From Hyalangium minutum (GTDB lineage Bacteria > Myxococcota > Myxococcia > Myxococcales > Myxococcaceae): a DNA stretch of 64,000 bases. The DNA lies in NCBI RefSeq assembly GCF_000737315.1, contig NZ_JMCB01000002.1:670718-734717 (forward strand), read 5' to 3'. Every line of letters starts with the position of its first letter. Position 1 is the first letter of the stretch. Below the pieces are notes generated by a model. The model did not search any database. It was not told the origin of the DNA and worked only from the letters and a program-made list of their open reading frames with translations. This document shows, piece by piece, positions 1 through 10,235 of this stretch. A program made the position numbers and the translations under genes.

Positions 1-525
1 TCCGCGAGCGGTGACGTGTACGGCCGGCTGCGCGCGGTGGCGCGGGAGCTGTCCGTGGATGTGCCCGGCGTGGGCAGCATGGTGGAGCTGGCGGCGGGCG
101 GGAACGCGGAGGCACTCTCTCGCGTGGTGGAGCTGGCGGGTGCGTCGCGCGGGGATGGGCCGGCGGAGACGGAGCTGGCCCAGGCGCTCGGTGAGGTGGC
201 TCGCACCGCGCCGGAGGAGCTCGTGGGGGCGCTGCGCGAGGCGGGCAACGGCGAGCGGGACGTGGCGGTATCGCTGCTGGCCCGTGGGCTGGTGCAGGTG
301 GGCGATGCGGACCATCCGTTCTGGAAGTCCCTGCGCAAGCAGCTCGGCGCTTCGGATCCGGCCCTGGTGACGTTCGTGCGCAACCTGGATGCCACGCTCT
401 CTCAGAAGGTGGCCGAGCAGAAGGCGCCTCGGGCGCCGGACTCCGTGGAGGTGTCGGGTCCGGGCTCGGCAGTTCCGGTGGGGCCTGGTACGTCGCGGAC
501 GGCCGAGACGCGTCCCGGCGGGTAG
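1..525 (+). CDS. Hypothetical protein, C-terminal part (5' end outside window); helical, possibly HEAT-like
   Basis: Frame open from base 1 to TAG at 523-525, with GC3-rich codons; no diagnostic motif. Confidence 0.6.
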   Translation, partial: SASGDVYGRLRAVARELSVDVPGVGSMVELAAGGNAEALSRVVELAGASRGDGPAETELAQALGEVARTAPEELVGALREAGNGERDVAVSLLARGLVQVGDADHPFWKSLRKQLGASDPALVTFVRNLDATLSQKVAEQKAPRAPDSVEVSGPGSAVPVGPGTSRTAETRPGG

Positions 526-766
526 GAACTGGAAGGGTCCGGGCTCCTATCCCCGGATCATTTCAGGACTCTTGCCGCTCCAAGCAAGCAGCCGAGGACC
601 CGAGCGCGCCCGGCATACTCGCCGGGTTCCGCGCCCGGCTTGGTTCGTGTATACCTGTACAGGTGTTCGCTGGGTGCTGAACCCGGTGGATTGGCGCCGC
701 TCCGTGGTGGAGCGGCTACCGAGCGGCTGGCCCGAGGTGGGCTGGCTATCGAAAGGCAGGGCAGTC

Positions 767-1258
767 ATGGCAGGAGGCGTCAACAAGGTCATCCTCATTG
801 GCAACCTCGGAGCGGACCCCGAGGTGCGCTTCACCCCGGGCGGTCAGGCGGTCGCCAACTTCCGCATCGCCACCAGCGAGAGCTGGAACGACAAGAACGG
901 GCAGAAGCAGGAGCGGACCGAGTGGCACCGCATCGTCGTCTGGGGAAAGCTGGCCGAGCTGTGCGGCGAGTATCTGAAGAAGGGCCGCCAGTGCTACGTC
1001 GAGGGCCGCTTGCAGACGCGCGAGTGGACCGACAAGGAGAACCGGAAGAACTACACCACCGAGGTGGTGGCCACCGCAGTCACCTTCCTGGGCGGGCGTG
1101 AGGGTGGCGCCAGTGCGGGCGCGGGCGGCGGCCAGCGCGGCGGAGGCTCGTACTCGCGCGGCGGCGGGGGCGATGATTTCGGCGGGCCTCCTCCGGGCGT
1201 GGATGATGGCGGCATGAACCAGAGCGGCGGCAACGGCGAGGACGACATCCCGTTCTAG
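767..1258 (+). CDS. ssb: Single-stranded DNA-binding protein
   Basis: [33 protein letters not shown], Gly-rich linker and acidic DDIPF tail; ATG at 767. Confidence 0.98.
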   Translation: MAGGVNKVILIGNLGADPEVRFTPGGQAVANFRIATSESWNDKNGQKQERTEWHRIVVWGKLAELCGEYLKKGRQCYVEGRLQTREWTDKENRKNYTTEVVATAVTFLGGREGGASAGAGGGQRGGGSYSRGGGGDDFGGPPPGVDDGGMNQSGGNGEDDIPF

Positions 1259-1288
1259 GCCGCGGCTCAGGGCACCCCCGCAAACACT

Positions 1289-1366
1289 GGAGCCCCGGTT
1301 CCCATGCAGCACGGGAACGCGGGGCTCCTTGCGTTACAGCCTTCGACGGAGCCCCCGAGGGGCTCC
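1289..1366. terminator. Two GC-rich hairpins between convergent ssb and the cytochrome b gene
   Basis: GGAGCCCCG-GTTCCC...GGGAAC-G-CGGGGCTCC (1289-1328) and GGAGCCCC-CGA-GGGGCTCC (1348-1366). Confidence 0.6.
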
Positions 1367-1368
1367 CG

Positions 1369-2052
1369 CTACATCTCGATCTGCATGCCCTCGCCGGGGC
1401 CGAAGGCCTCACCGGCCTGGAAGAGCGCGAAGATGGCGCCCCAGGACATGGCCAGCAGCACCAGGAATATGATGATGACCACCGGCTCGAAGCGCCGCAT
1501 GGAGCGCTCGCTGGCGAAGATGCCCCACGCCATGCAGAAGTTCTGGACGCCGTTGGCGATGTGGTACGCCGTGCCCAGCGTCCCCAGCACGTAGACGAAC
1601 AGCGTGGGGCCGTGGAAGCGCATCTCCCGGGCGATGTCGTTGAAGGCCTCGGCCTGGCCGTGCAGCAGCCGCGGCGCCAGGAACGCCTTCCAGATGTGCG
1701 CGCCCAGGAAGGCCAGCACGCCCAGGGCGCTCACGCGCTGGAGGATGTACTTGAGGTTGCCGTAGTTGTTGTACGCGAGGTTGTTGGGCTTGAAGCTGAA
1801 CATCCGCACCAGGCCCCAGCCCGTGTGGAACAGCAGCGGCAGCAGCGAGACCATGAACGCCAGCGCCTGCGAGAACGGGTGCGCGTACGTGGTGACGGCG
1901 CTCTCCCAGGCCGTGGCCCCGTAGAAGGCGGACAAGTTGTCCCACAGGTGGTTGATCACCCAGAGGGTCAACGGAAAGATGGCCAGGAACGACCCCAGGC
2001 GGGACTGGAGGAGCGGTGTCTTCTGGGGGAGGGCAGCGGCTTCGGTGCTCAT
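1369..2052 (-). CDS. Succinate dehydrogenase/fumarate reductase cytochrome b subunit-like protein (SdhC-like, di-heme type), stand-alone
   Basis: About five TM helices with four spaced His (INHLW, LFHTG, GAHIW, AYHIANG), as in Bacillus-type SdhC. Confidence 0.8.
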   Translation of the reverse strand: MSTEAAALPQKTPLLQSRLGSFLAIFPLTLWVINHLWDNLSAFYGATAWESAVTTYAHPFSQALAFMVSLLPLLFHTGWGLVRMFSFKPNNLAYNNYGNLKYILQRVSALGVLAFLGAHIWKAFLAPRLLHGQAEAFNDIAREMRFHGPTLFVYVLGTLGTAYHIANGVQNFCMAWGIFASERSMRRFEPVVIIIFLVLLAMSWGAIFALFQAGEAFGPGEGMQIEM

Positions 2053-2288
2053 AGGACTCCGGCAACGCGCGGGGGACGACTCCGCGGGTAGGTGGGTCGC
2101 GCGGGGGTTATAACGCGTCCTGGCGGCTCAGGGGCTGGGATCCGCCAGCCCAGGTGGCAGTCAGGGCGCTTGGAGGCATAAGCCGGGCCGATGCCTCGGT
2201 CCAGAAACTCCTCCTAGGGCGGGCAGGGGGCCGGACGCATTCTTCGTTGGCGAGCGCGGCGGTGTTGGGCACGCTACAGCCTCTCCTT

Positions 2289-3182
2289 ATGGCCGATGAA
2301 CTCATCAGTGGGTTGTTGAAAGACGTGGATGTGCGCGTGGTGCTCGCGCTCACCTCGGAGCTGTCGCGCCAGGCGCGGGCCACGCACAAGAGCCTGCCCG
2401 CCTCGGCCGCGCTCCTCTCGCAGGGACTCACCGCCGCCGCGCTCATGGGCGCGCTGCAGAAGGGCGAGACCCGCATCAACATTCAGCTGGAGTGCGATGG
2501 GCCGCTGCGCGGCTTCTTCGTGGATGGGGACACCGCCGGGGTGGTGCGCGGCTACACGAAGAACCCACTGGTGGCCCACATGGGCGCCGAGGGCGGGTAC
2601 CGCTGGCGCCCCGTGCTGGGCAACAAGGGCTTCATCTCCGTGCTGCGCGACACCGGTAGCGGCGAGTACTACCGCTCCTCGGTGGAGCTGGAGCGCTTCG
2701 ACTTCGCCGAGGACCTGGAGCGCTACTTCGGCCTCTCCGACCAGGTGGCCACCCAGCTGACGCTGGCGCAGCTGCCCACGCCGGGCAATGGCGCTCCAGA
2801 GCCCCTGGGCATCGTGGCGGGCGTGCTCCTCCAGCCGCTGCCGAACGGGGACCGGGAGGCCTTTCAGGCGCTCGGGGCCCAGGTCAAGGCGCGCTTCCAC
2901 GAGGTGCTTCAGGCCCACGCCGCCGAGGGGGGCTCCGCGCTGCTCAAGGCGTTGCTGCCCGGACGGACGGACCTGGAGGTCATGTCCCGCTACCCGCTGC
3001 GCTTCACCTGCACATGCAGCCGCGAGCGGGTGAAGACCGCCCTCATGGCCATGGGCCGCGAGGAGCTGACGGATCTGCTGGAGAAGGAGGGGAAGGCGGA
3101 GGTGACGTGCCAGTTCTGCACGACACACTATGTCATCCCCAGTGAGGAGATCCGCGAGCTGATGAAGGAAGCCGGGCAGTAA
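2289..3182 (+). CDS. hslO: Hsp33 redox-regulated chaperone
   Basis: IQLECDGPLRG and C-terminal Zn motif CTC...CQFC; ATG at 2289. Confidence 0.93.
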   Translation: MADELISGLLKDVDVRVVLALTSELSRQARATHKSLPASAALLSQGLTAAALMGALQKGETRINIQLECDGPLRGFFVDGDTAGVVRGYTKNPLVAHMGAEGGYRWRPVLGNKGFISVLRDTGSGEYYRSSVELERFDFAEDLERYFGLSDQVATQLTLAQLPTPGNGAPEPLGIVAGVLLQPLPNGDREAFQALGAQVKARFHEVLQAHAAEGGSALLKALLPGRTDLEVMSRYPLRFTCTCSRERVKTALMAMGREELTDLLEKEGKAEVTCQFCTTHYVIPSEEIRELMKEAGQ

Positions 3183-3311
3183 ACAGAGAGAGACAGGCCG
3201 TGCGCCCCCAGGCGAGCGGACTCGCGACACCCCCGGCGACCTACGCGGGGGGTAGCCCTGGGCCTTCGCTCAAGGTATGACGGAGCAGCACCTCAGCTGG
3301 AGTCTCCATCC

Positions 3312-3989
3312 GTGGCTACCAAGCGGGCAGTGCCTGGTAAGGGAAAGTCCTCCAGGAAGGGCAAGCCCTCGCCCAATCCTTCCAAACCGCAAGAGGCGGA
3401 GAAGCTCGTCTCCATCCCATCGGACGTCGTGCTGGCGCCTCAAGCCGAGGCGCCTCGCATGCCCACCGGGAGAGATCAGTCCCGGCAGCGCTCCTCTGTG
3501 AAGGAGCTGTCGTGGGCGGACTTCGACCGGGCCGTGCAGGAGATGGCGCGCACCATTGGCCAGTCCTACAAGGCGCAGGCCGTGGTGGGCGTGGCCCACG
3601 GAGGCGTCTTCGTGGGCGGGGCCCTCTCCAGTGCGCTCGGCTGCGAGTTCTTCCCCGTGCGCCTCACCCGCCGCAGCCGGGACCGGGGCGATTCGAAGAA
3701 GCTCCAGCTCTCTGGGGAGATGCCGCGAGAGCTGAAGGGGCGCCGCGTCCTCATCGTGGACGACGTGGGGGCCAGCGGCGACACGCTGGAGCTGGCCAGC
3801 ACGCTGGCGCGCAAGGTGGGGGCCCGCGAGGTGATGACCGCCGTCATGGTCGCGCGCCCCGAGAGCTACACGCCCGACTTCTGCGCCCTGTCCACCGCGG
3901 CGTTCATCGTCTTCCCCTGGGACTATGAGCCCGTGACGGGGGGAGCGGAGCTCGCCGACGACGTGGACCCCGATCAGGCGGGGGCCTAG
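3312..3989 (+). CDS. Type I phosphoribosyltransferase family protein
   Basis: PRPP-binding loop [14 protein letters not shown]; VGVAHGG; FIVFPWD. Confidence 0.88.
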   Translation: MATKRAVPGKGKSSRKGKPSPNPSKPQEAEKLVSIPSDVVLAPQAEAPRMPTGRDQSRQRSSVKELSWADFDRAVQEMARTIGQSYKAQAVVGVAHGGVFVGGALSSALGCEFFPVRLTRRSRDRGDSKKLQLSGEMPRELKGRRVLIVDDVGASGDTLELASTLARKVGAREVMTAVMVARPESYTPDFCALSTAAFIVFPWDYEPVTGGAELADDVDPDQAGA

Positions 3990-4005
3990 GAGGCGGACAC
4001 GCGCG

Positions 4006-5922
4006 ATGATCATCGGGACGGCGGGCCATATCGACCACGGCAAGACGTCCCTGGTGAAGGCGCTCACCGGCATCGACACGGACCGGCTGAAGGAGGAGAA
4101 GCGCCGGGGCATCACCCTGGAGCTGGGCTTTGCCCACCTCACGCTGGATGACGGCACGCTGGCGGGCGTGGTGGACGTCCCCGGCCACGAGCGCTTCGTG
4201 AAGGCCATGGCCGCGGGCGCTGGCGGCGTGGACCTCGCGGTGCTGGTGGTGGCCGCGGACGAGGGCGTCATGCCCCAGACACGCGAGCACCTGGACATCT
4301 GCCGGTTGCTCGGCGTGAAGGCCGGGGTCATCGCGCTCACCAAGAGCGACTTGTTGGCGGAGCTGGGCGAGGAGTGGCTCGCGCTGGTGAAGGCGGATCT
4401 GGTGGCTCTCACCGCGGACACCTTCCTGGAGGGCGCGCCCGTGGTGCCGTGCTCCTCCAAGACGGGCGCGGGGCTGCCGGAGCTGCGCGCCGCACTGACT
4501 CGCGCGGCCCAGGGCCTGCCTCAGCGCCCCTCGGATGGGCCCGTCTTCCTGCCCGTGGATCGCGTCTTCACCATCAAGGGCTTTGGCACCGTGGTGACGG
4601 GCACGCTGCTGTCCGGCACTTTGTCAGTGGAAGAGAGCGCCGCGCTGCTTCCCGGACGCCCGGGGCCGTTCCGGGTGCGAGGCATCCAGGTGCATGGGCA
4701 GGCCGCGCCGAAGGCCCACGCGGGCATGCGCACCGCGGTGAACCTGGTGGGCGTGGAGCCCGACGAGATTGATCGCGGCATGGTGCTGGTTCGCTCCGGC
4801 GAGCTGCCGGAGACGCGGATGCTGGACGTGGAGCTCAGCCTGCTCCCTGCGGTGGAGGAGCCGCTGCCCCGGCGGCGCAAGCTGCTGCTGCACCTGGGCA
4901 CCGCGCAGGTGGAGGCCACCGTGGCCCTGCTGGACCTGGAGAAGCTGGAGCCTGGAGAGACGGGCCTGGCCCAGCTCCGGCTCGCTGCGCCCCTGGCCGC
5001 GCTCGTGGGCCAGCGCTTCATCCTTCGAGGCTCGCGCGCGCTGCCCGGCCGGGGCGCCACCGTAGCCGGGGGGAGGGTGCTGGCCATTGCTCCGCCTCGG
5101 CGCCGCAAGGGGGCCTCCGAGGTCGTAGCCCCGCTGCTGGAGGCGGACGCGAGCGGGCACGTCACGTGGCTGCTGCGGCAGGCGGGCTACCGAGGGCTCA
5201 CGCAGGCGGAGCTGTTCGGCCGCTCGGCGCTGCCGCCCAAGGTGCTCACCCGGACGCTGGAGTTGCTGGGCTCGCGAGGCGCGGCGCTGCTGGTGGATCG
5301 CGACAAGCGCCTCTACCTCTCGGGCGAGGTATTCGAGGGGCTCCAGAAGCGAGCCCTCGCGCTGCTGGCCGCCTTCCACGAGCGAGAGCCGATGCGCGAG
5401 GGGCTCTCTCGCGAGGAGTTGCGTCAGCGGCTCTCCGCGGAGCTGGACCCTCGCATCTTCCAGCGGGTGGCGCAGGCGCTGGTGGACACGGGCAAGGCGG
5501 AGCTGGACAAGGAAGTGATGCGGCTCAAGGGCCGGGGACGCACCCTCACGGTCAGTGACGAGGGCGCCCGGGCGCGGGTAGCAGCGGAGCTGGCCGCCGC
5601 GGCGCTGGCTCCTCCGACCTTCAACGAGCTGGCGCAGAAGCTTCAGTTTCCCGTGCCCCGGCTGCAGGAGCTGCTCAAGGTGATGGTGTCAGAAGGAGCC
5701 ATCGTCCGGGTGAGCGATGAGCTCCACTTCGAAGCGGGGGCGCTGACTGCTCTGCGAGAGCGGCTCGTGGCTTACCTGCGAGAGAAGAAAGAGATCTCCA
5801 CCCAGGCCTTCAAGGAAATGGTGGGCCAGAGCCGGAAGTTCGTCATCCCCTTGTCGGAATACTTCGACCGGGAGAAGGTAACTCTGCGAGTCGGTGAGAA
5901 GCGGACCCTGCGGCGAGGATGA
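4006..5922 (+). CDS. selB: Selenocysteine-specific translation elongation factor
   Basis: [26 protein letters not shown] and C-terminal winged helices ending [13 protein letters not shown]. Confidence 0.97.
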   Translation: MIIGTAGHIDHGKTSLVKALTGIDTDRLKEEKRRGITLELGFAHLTLDDGTLAGVVDVPGHERFVKAMAAGAGGVDLAVLVVAADEGVMPQTREHLDICRLLGVKAGVIALTKSDLLAELGEEWLALVKADLVALTADTFLEGAPVVPCSSKTGAGLPELRAALTRAAQGLPQRPSDGPVFLPVDRVFTIKGFGTVVTGTLLSGTLSVEESAALLPGRPGPFRVRGIQVHGQAAPKAHAGMRTAVNLVGVEPDEIDRGMVLVRSGELPETRMLDVELSLLPAVEEPLPRRRKLLLHLGTAQVEATVALLDLEKLEPGETGLAQLRLAAPLAALVGQRFILRGSRALPGRGATVAGGRVLAIAPPRRRKGASEVVAPLLEADASGHVTWLLRQAGYRGLTQAELFGRSALPPKVLTRTLELLGSRGAALLVDRDKRLYLSGEVFEGLQKRALALLAAFHEREPMREGLSREELRQRLSAELDPRIFQRVAQALVDTGKAELDKEVMRLKGRGRTLTVSDEGARARVAAELAAAALAPPTFNELAQKLQFPVPRLQELLKVMVSEGAIVRVSDELHFEAGALTALRERLVAYLREKKEISTQAFKEMVGQSRKFVIPLSEYFDREKVTLRVGEKRTLRRG

Positions 5923-8432
5923 GCGAGCAACCCTACAGCCAGGCAGCCCTGCGCGCCCTGATCGAGGCCTTCAGCCACCCCATCGTCGTGGTGACGGCCC
6001 CTCACCTGCTGTGGCTGGCGAACGAGGCCTACCTCCGCCTGGTCGGCATGTCTCGCGAGCAAGTGGAGGGCCAGACCTTCCTGAACTTCGTCAACCAGGA
6101 GGAGCGCAGCCGGCTGGCGATGCGCTTCCAGATGTTCTTCGACGGGCAGGTCCCCACCTCCAAGACCCTCCGGCGCCTGATGCCCTCCGCGGATGGGCGG
6201 ATGCACGATGTGTCCACTTACTCGCAAGAGATCAAGCTTGAGGACGGCGCGCGCGGGCTCCTCATTAACATTCACGAGATGCCCGATCGCCCCCCTGTGC
6301 TGGCCATTGCAGAGCGCCTGGTGGAGACCTCCGCCCGGCTCGTCAGCGCGCACTCCGCGGAGGACGTGCGCCGTGTCGCCCTGGAGGGGCTCTCGTCCGC
6401 TGGCTTCCGCGCGAGCTTCCTCAGCTGGGATGGGAGGATGATGACCTCCTCGGCCGTGGAGGTTCCCCGCACCGATGCGTCGCTGGCCGTCGAGGCGCTC
6501 AGTGAGGGGCGCGCCATCTACGGAGGCACGAACGCCACCGAGGCGAGCCACGTCTACCTCCCTCTGGGCGATGCGCGGCACGGCGTGCTGTGGGTGGATG
6601 GGCCGGGGCTCGATCCGGCGCACGGCTCGGCGCTGGCGCTCTTCGCCAAGGTGGTGGGCACCGCGCTCTCCGAGGCGCGGGTGCAGGCTGAGCGCACGAG
6701 AGATCAGTGGGAGCTGCAGGCGCTGGCGGAGGTGGCGCGCTTCGTTGCCCAGCCCGTGCCTCCCAGCCCCGAGGCCTTCTTGGAACGGCTGACGGCGCTG
6801 CTCTCCGCGGACGCAGCCCTGCTGCTGATCCAGGAGAAGCCTCAAGCCGCGCTGGCCCCCGTCGCGCACTTCGGTCTCCGGGCCGAGGAGCCGGGCAAGA
6901 TGGCGCTCTCCCTGGGGCACGTCCTCGCCGACGCGGCGATGAAGGCCGAGCGGGGAAGGCTCTCGGGACCGTCCGAGGAGCTGGCGCTCCGTGAGGTCTC
7001 GGGAGGCAGGTTCGGCAGTGGCGCGGCGGTGCGCATCACCCGCGGTGGCAAGGTGTGCGGCACGCTCCAACTGCTGCGCGCGCCCGGCAAGCCCTTCCAG
7101 GTGCAGGACCTGCGGCTGCTGGGCACCCTGGTCGAGCTGTTGGTGACGCTGCTCGAGCAGCACCGCCTGCGCGCCGAGTCCGCGCGGCAGCTCTCCGAGA
7201 CCAAGCTGCTGTTGGAGCTGGCCCGGACCACGGCGGGCGTGCTGGACCCGGCGGGCATCCTGGATGTGGCGGCGGACTTCCTCGTCCGCCTGCTGGACGT
7301 GTCCAACTGCTACATCCTCCTCTACGAGGAGCCTGCCAAGGTGCTGCGAGGCGCCGCCAGCTCCGCCACCCACCGCGACTTCTTCCGCTCGGTGAAGATT
7401 CCTCTGGATGGGGACAGCCTGTCGGCCCACGTCGCCCGGCACCGCCGCCCCATCGCCATCGAGGACCTGGAGATGACGCCCGGCGGCTACAACGACGAGC
7501 TGGCCCGACGCTTCGAGGAGAAGGCCGTCCTCGGGCTGCCGATGACGTCCCGGGACGAGCTCATCGGCGTGGTCATCGTGGACGACACCCGGGGGCCGCG
7601 CATGTTCGGCCCCGAGATCATCGAACTGGCGGAAGCCACCTGTGGCCAGTTGGCCCTCTCCATCGCCAACGCGCGCCTGTACGAGTCGCTGTGGATGTCC
7701 TACGCGGAGCTGGCCGCCGCCCGTGCGGAGATGGTCAAGCGCGAGCGCCTGGCCGCCCTGGGCGAGCTGTCCGCCATTGTCGCCCACGAAGTGCGCAACC
7801 CCTTGGGCGTCATCAACAACGCCGTCACCACGCTGCGACGTCTGCTCAAGGTGCAGGGCGATGCGGCCATGCTGCTGGACATCCTCTCGGAGGAGAGCGA
7901 CCGGCTCAACCGCATCGTCGCGGACCTCATCGACTACGCCCGGCCGAGAGACCCCATCCTCCAGCCGGAGGAGGTGAGTCGCGTGTTGTACGACGCGCTC
8001 GAGGCGGCCCGAGGGCTGGCCGGTCCCGGCGCCATGGCCGTCACGTTCCGGGTCGAGGTCGAGCCCGAACTGCCGCCCGTGCACATCGACCGTCGGCAGA
8101 TTCGGCAGGCGCTCGTCAACATGGCCGTCAACGCTGTCCACGCCATGCCTCAGGGCGGCGAGGTGACGGTGCGCGCCCGCCGGGAGCTGCACGACAACCG
8201 AGACCATGTGCGCATCGACATCTCGGACAAGGGCATGGGCATCCCCCCCGAGCTGCTTCACCGGGTGTTCGAGCCCTTCTTCACCACCAAGGCTCAGGGC
8301 ACCGGCCTGGGGCTCGCCGTGGTCCGCCGCATCCTGGATGAACACCGGGGCGAAATTTCTGTCGATAGCGCTCCAGGCCGTGGCACGACCTTCACGATCC
8401 GGCTACCCTTCCTTCCACCTTCTCTCCAGTGA
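5919..8432 (+). CDS. PAS/GAF sensor histidine kinase (probable PxrK/SpdS-type partner of the downstream activator)
   Basis: PAS then GAF domains; H-box AHEVRNPL; N-box NMAVNA; DKGMG, FFTTK and GTGLGL; ATGA overlap with selB. Confidence 0.92.
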   Translation: MSEQPYSQAALRALIEAFSHPIVVVTAPHLLWLANEAYLRLVGMSREQVEGQTFLNFVNQEERSRLAMRFQMFFDGQVPTSKTLRRLMPSADGRMHDVSTYSQEIKLEDGARGLLINIHEMPDRPPVLAIAERLVETSARLVSAHSAEDVRRVALEGLSSAGFRASFLSWDGRMMTSSAVEVPRTDASLAVEALSEGRAIYGGTNATEASHVYLPLGDARHGVLWVDGPGLDPAHGSALALFAKVVGTALSEARVQAERTRDQWELQALAEVARFVAQPVPPSPEAFLERLTALLSADAALLLIQEKPQAALAPVAHFGLRAEEPGKMALSLGHVLADAAMKAERGRLSGPSEELALREVSGGRFGSGAAVRITRGGKVCGTLQLLRAPGKPFQVQDLRLLGTLVELLVTLLEQHRLRAESARQLSETKLLLELARTTAGVLDPAGILDVAADFLVRLLDVSNCYILLYEEPAKVLRGAASSATHRDFFRSVKIPLDGDSLSAHVARHRRPIAIEDLEMTPGGYNDELARRFEEKAVLGLPMTSRDELIGVVIVDDTRGPRMFGPEIIELAEATCGQLALSIANARLYESLWMSYAELAAARAEMVKRERLAALGELSAIVAHEVRNPLGVINNAVTTLRRLLKVQGDAAMLLDILSEESDRLNRIVADLIDYARPRDPILQPEEVSRVLYDALEAARGLAGPGAMAVTFRVEVEPELPPVHIDRRQIRQALVNMAVNAVHAMPQGGEVTVRARRELHDNRDHVRIDISDKGMGIPPELLHRVFEPFFTTKAQGTGLGLAVVRRILDEHRGEISVDSAPGRGTTFTIRLPFLPPSLQ

Positions 8433-9883
8433 CTGACGCCATCATCCCTCCCAGTTCCACTCCTCTTCCGAGCCGCGGAAGTGTCCTCGTGGTGGACGAC
8501 CAGCACAACATGCGCAAGACCACTGCTCTGGTCTTGAGCACCGAGGGCTACTCCGTCTTTCAGGCCGGCACGGGGCAGGAGGCGCTCGACCTGCTGGCCA
8601 AGCACAGCGTGGATGTGCTCCTGACGGACCTGAAGATGGAGCCCATGGACGGCCTGTTGCTGCTGAAGAAGGCGATGGAGGTTGCGCCCCGGCTGCAGGT
8701 CATCGTCATGACGGCCTTCGGCTCCATCGACAGCGCGGTGGAGGCCATGCGGTTGGGGGCGTACGACTACATCACCAAGCCCTTCAAGGACGGGGTGCTG
8801 CGCCACCGCGTGGAGCTGGCGCTGGAGCGCTCGCGGCTGTTGTCCCAGGTGAACCTGTTCGCCGACGAGTTCAACCAGCGCCACAACCTCAATGCGCTGG
8901 TGGGCGCCAGCCCCGCCATGCGCGAGCTGAAGAGCCGCCTGCTGCGCGTGGCCCAGAGCGATGCCACTGTGCTGATTCAGGGCGAGAGCGGTACCGGCAA
9001 GGAACTGGTGGCGCGCGCGCTGCACACCCACAGCCGGCGCAGCTCCAAGCCCTTCGTGCCCGTCAACTGCGCCGCCATCTCCGAGAGCCTGCTGGAGAGC
9101 GAGCTGTTCGGCCACGCCAAGGGCGCCTTCACCGGCGCAGTGAAGGCCCGGCGCGGCCTCTTCGAGGAGGCGGACGGCGGCACCCTCTTCATCGACGAGG
9201 TGACGGAGACCAGCCCCGCCTTTCAGTCCAAGCTGCTGCGCGCGCTGCAGGAGGGCGAGGTGCGCCGCGTGGGCGAGTCCACTTCGGTGCGCGTGGACGT
9301 GCGCATCGTCGCCGCCACCAACCGCGACATCGAGGTGGAAGTCCGCGAGAAGCGCTTCCGGCAGGACCTGTACTACCGCCTCAACGTGGTGACACTGCGG
9401 GTGCCCCCGCTGCGCGAGCGCCTGGAGGACGTCCAGGACCTGGCCAAGCACTTCTTGAAGCGCGCCAACGAGCGCAACTCCCGGCCCCGGAGCTTGTCCT
9501 CCTCGTCCGTGGCACACCTGATGGACTACAGCTTCCCGGGCAACGTTCGCGAGTTGGAGAACCTGGTGGAGCAGGCCGCCGCGCTGGCCGAGGGCGACGA
9601 GCTCATGCCCGAGGACTTCCCGGTCCGCGCCCAGGGGCAGCTGACGCCCACTTCCGCGGAGCTGGCCAGCGCCGCGAGGGCTCCGGGCAGCCCCACGCAC
9701 ACCCTGGCCGAGGTGGTGGAGGAGGCCGAGCGCCGCGCCATCCTCCAGGCCCTGGAGCGCCACCAGAAGGACCTGGCCCGCGTGGCCGACGAGCTGGGCG
9801 TTTCCTCCACGACGCTCTGGCGCAAGATGAAGCGAATCAAATTGCCAGAGACGGGCCCGGGGAGCGATCCTCAGGGCAAGTAG
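8429..9883 (+). CDS. Sigma54-dependent response regulator (NtrC family; probable PxrR/Nla19-type)
   Basis: Receiver VVDD/LTDLKM; AAA+ GESGTGKE, GAFTGA and FPGNVRELEN; Fis-type HTH; GTGA overlap with the kinase. Confidence 0.95.
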   Translation: MTDAIIPPSSTPLPSRGSVLVVDDQHNMRKTTALVLSTEGYSVFQAGTGQEALDLLAKHSVDVLLTDLKMEPMDGLLLLKKAMEVAPRLQVIVMTAFGSIDSAVEAMRLGAYDYITKPFKDGVLRHRVELALERSRLLSQVNLFADEFNQRHNLNALVGASPAMRELKSRLLRVAQSDATVLIQGESGTGKELVARALHTHSRRSSKPFVPVNCAAISESLLESELFGHAKGAFTGAVKARRGLFEEADGGTLFIDEVTETSPAFQSKLLRALQEGEVRRVGESTSVRVDVRIVAATNRDIEVEVREKRFRQDLYYRLNVVTLRVPPLRERLEDVQDLAKHFLKRANERNSRPRSLSSSSVAHLMDYSFPGNVRELENLVEQAAALAEGDELMPEDFPVRAQGQLTPTSAELASAARAPGSPTHTLAEVVEEAERRAILQALERHQKDLARVADELGVSSTTLWRKMKRIKLPETGPGSDPQGK

Positions 9884-9964
9884 GCAGGCGTGGGCGGGTG
9901 AGACGGGCGGAAACATCACCACCGTCTCCCAGTGGATGAAACAACCCCCAGGAAGTGCTTCAGC

Positions 9965-10123
9965 TTTTCAGCCCTGAAAACGCTGTCACACGGCGGCGGG
10001 GCTGGGCGGCCTTCCGAGCCTGTAAGCGTCTGAAAAGACGAGGGGCGGAGGGGAAGCGGCATTTCAAATCTGAAATGACTTCTCCAATCTTCAGATCTGC
10101 AAGCTGGGTTTCAGCGCTGCAAT
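9965..10123 (+). promoter_or_regulatory. Candidate enhancer sites: four TTCA-N4-TG(A/C)AA dyads
   Basis: TTTTCAGCCCTGAAAA 9965-9980, ATTTCAAATCTGAAAT 10061-10076, TTCAGATCTGCAA 10090-10102, TTCAGCGCTGCAA 10110-10122. Confidence 0.6.
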
Positions 10124-10209
10124 CGCGAACTTGAAATAAAACCCCCGCTCCGAAGCAGGCTGATCCTCTAAGTGCCTGAGAGAACTAGAATTCACCCCGT
10201 CGTTGGCAT

Positions 10210-10225
10210 TGGCACGCGGGCTGCT
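10210..10225 (+). promoter_or_regulatory. Sigma54 (-24/-12) promoter
   Basis: TGGCACG-CGGG-CTGCT with exact GG-N10-GC spacing (GG 10211-12, GC 10223-24). Confidence 0.85.
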
Positions 10226-10235
10226 AAGACACTCC

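Noticed and set aside
655-671. Canonical myxobacterial LexA box upstream of ssb
   Set aside because: CTGTACAGGTGTTCGCT misses several consensus positions including the terminal AG; kept only as an unexplained palindrome.
389-766. Upstream extensions given by the ORF track (ssb from 389, hslO from 2154, catalase-like from 12705, nuoE from 20336, precursor from 51557)
   Set aside because: The extensions lack homology-like sequence; downstream starts fit the family N-termini or an RBS better.
3990-10200. tRNA-Sec or selA/selD near selB; UGA-recoded selenoprotein
   Set aside because: No cloverleaf or T-loop pattern seen, and no gene needed UGA read-through to complete its domains.
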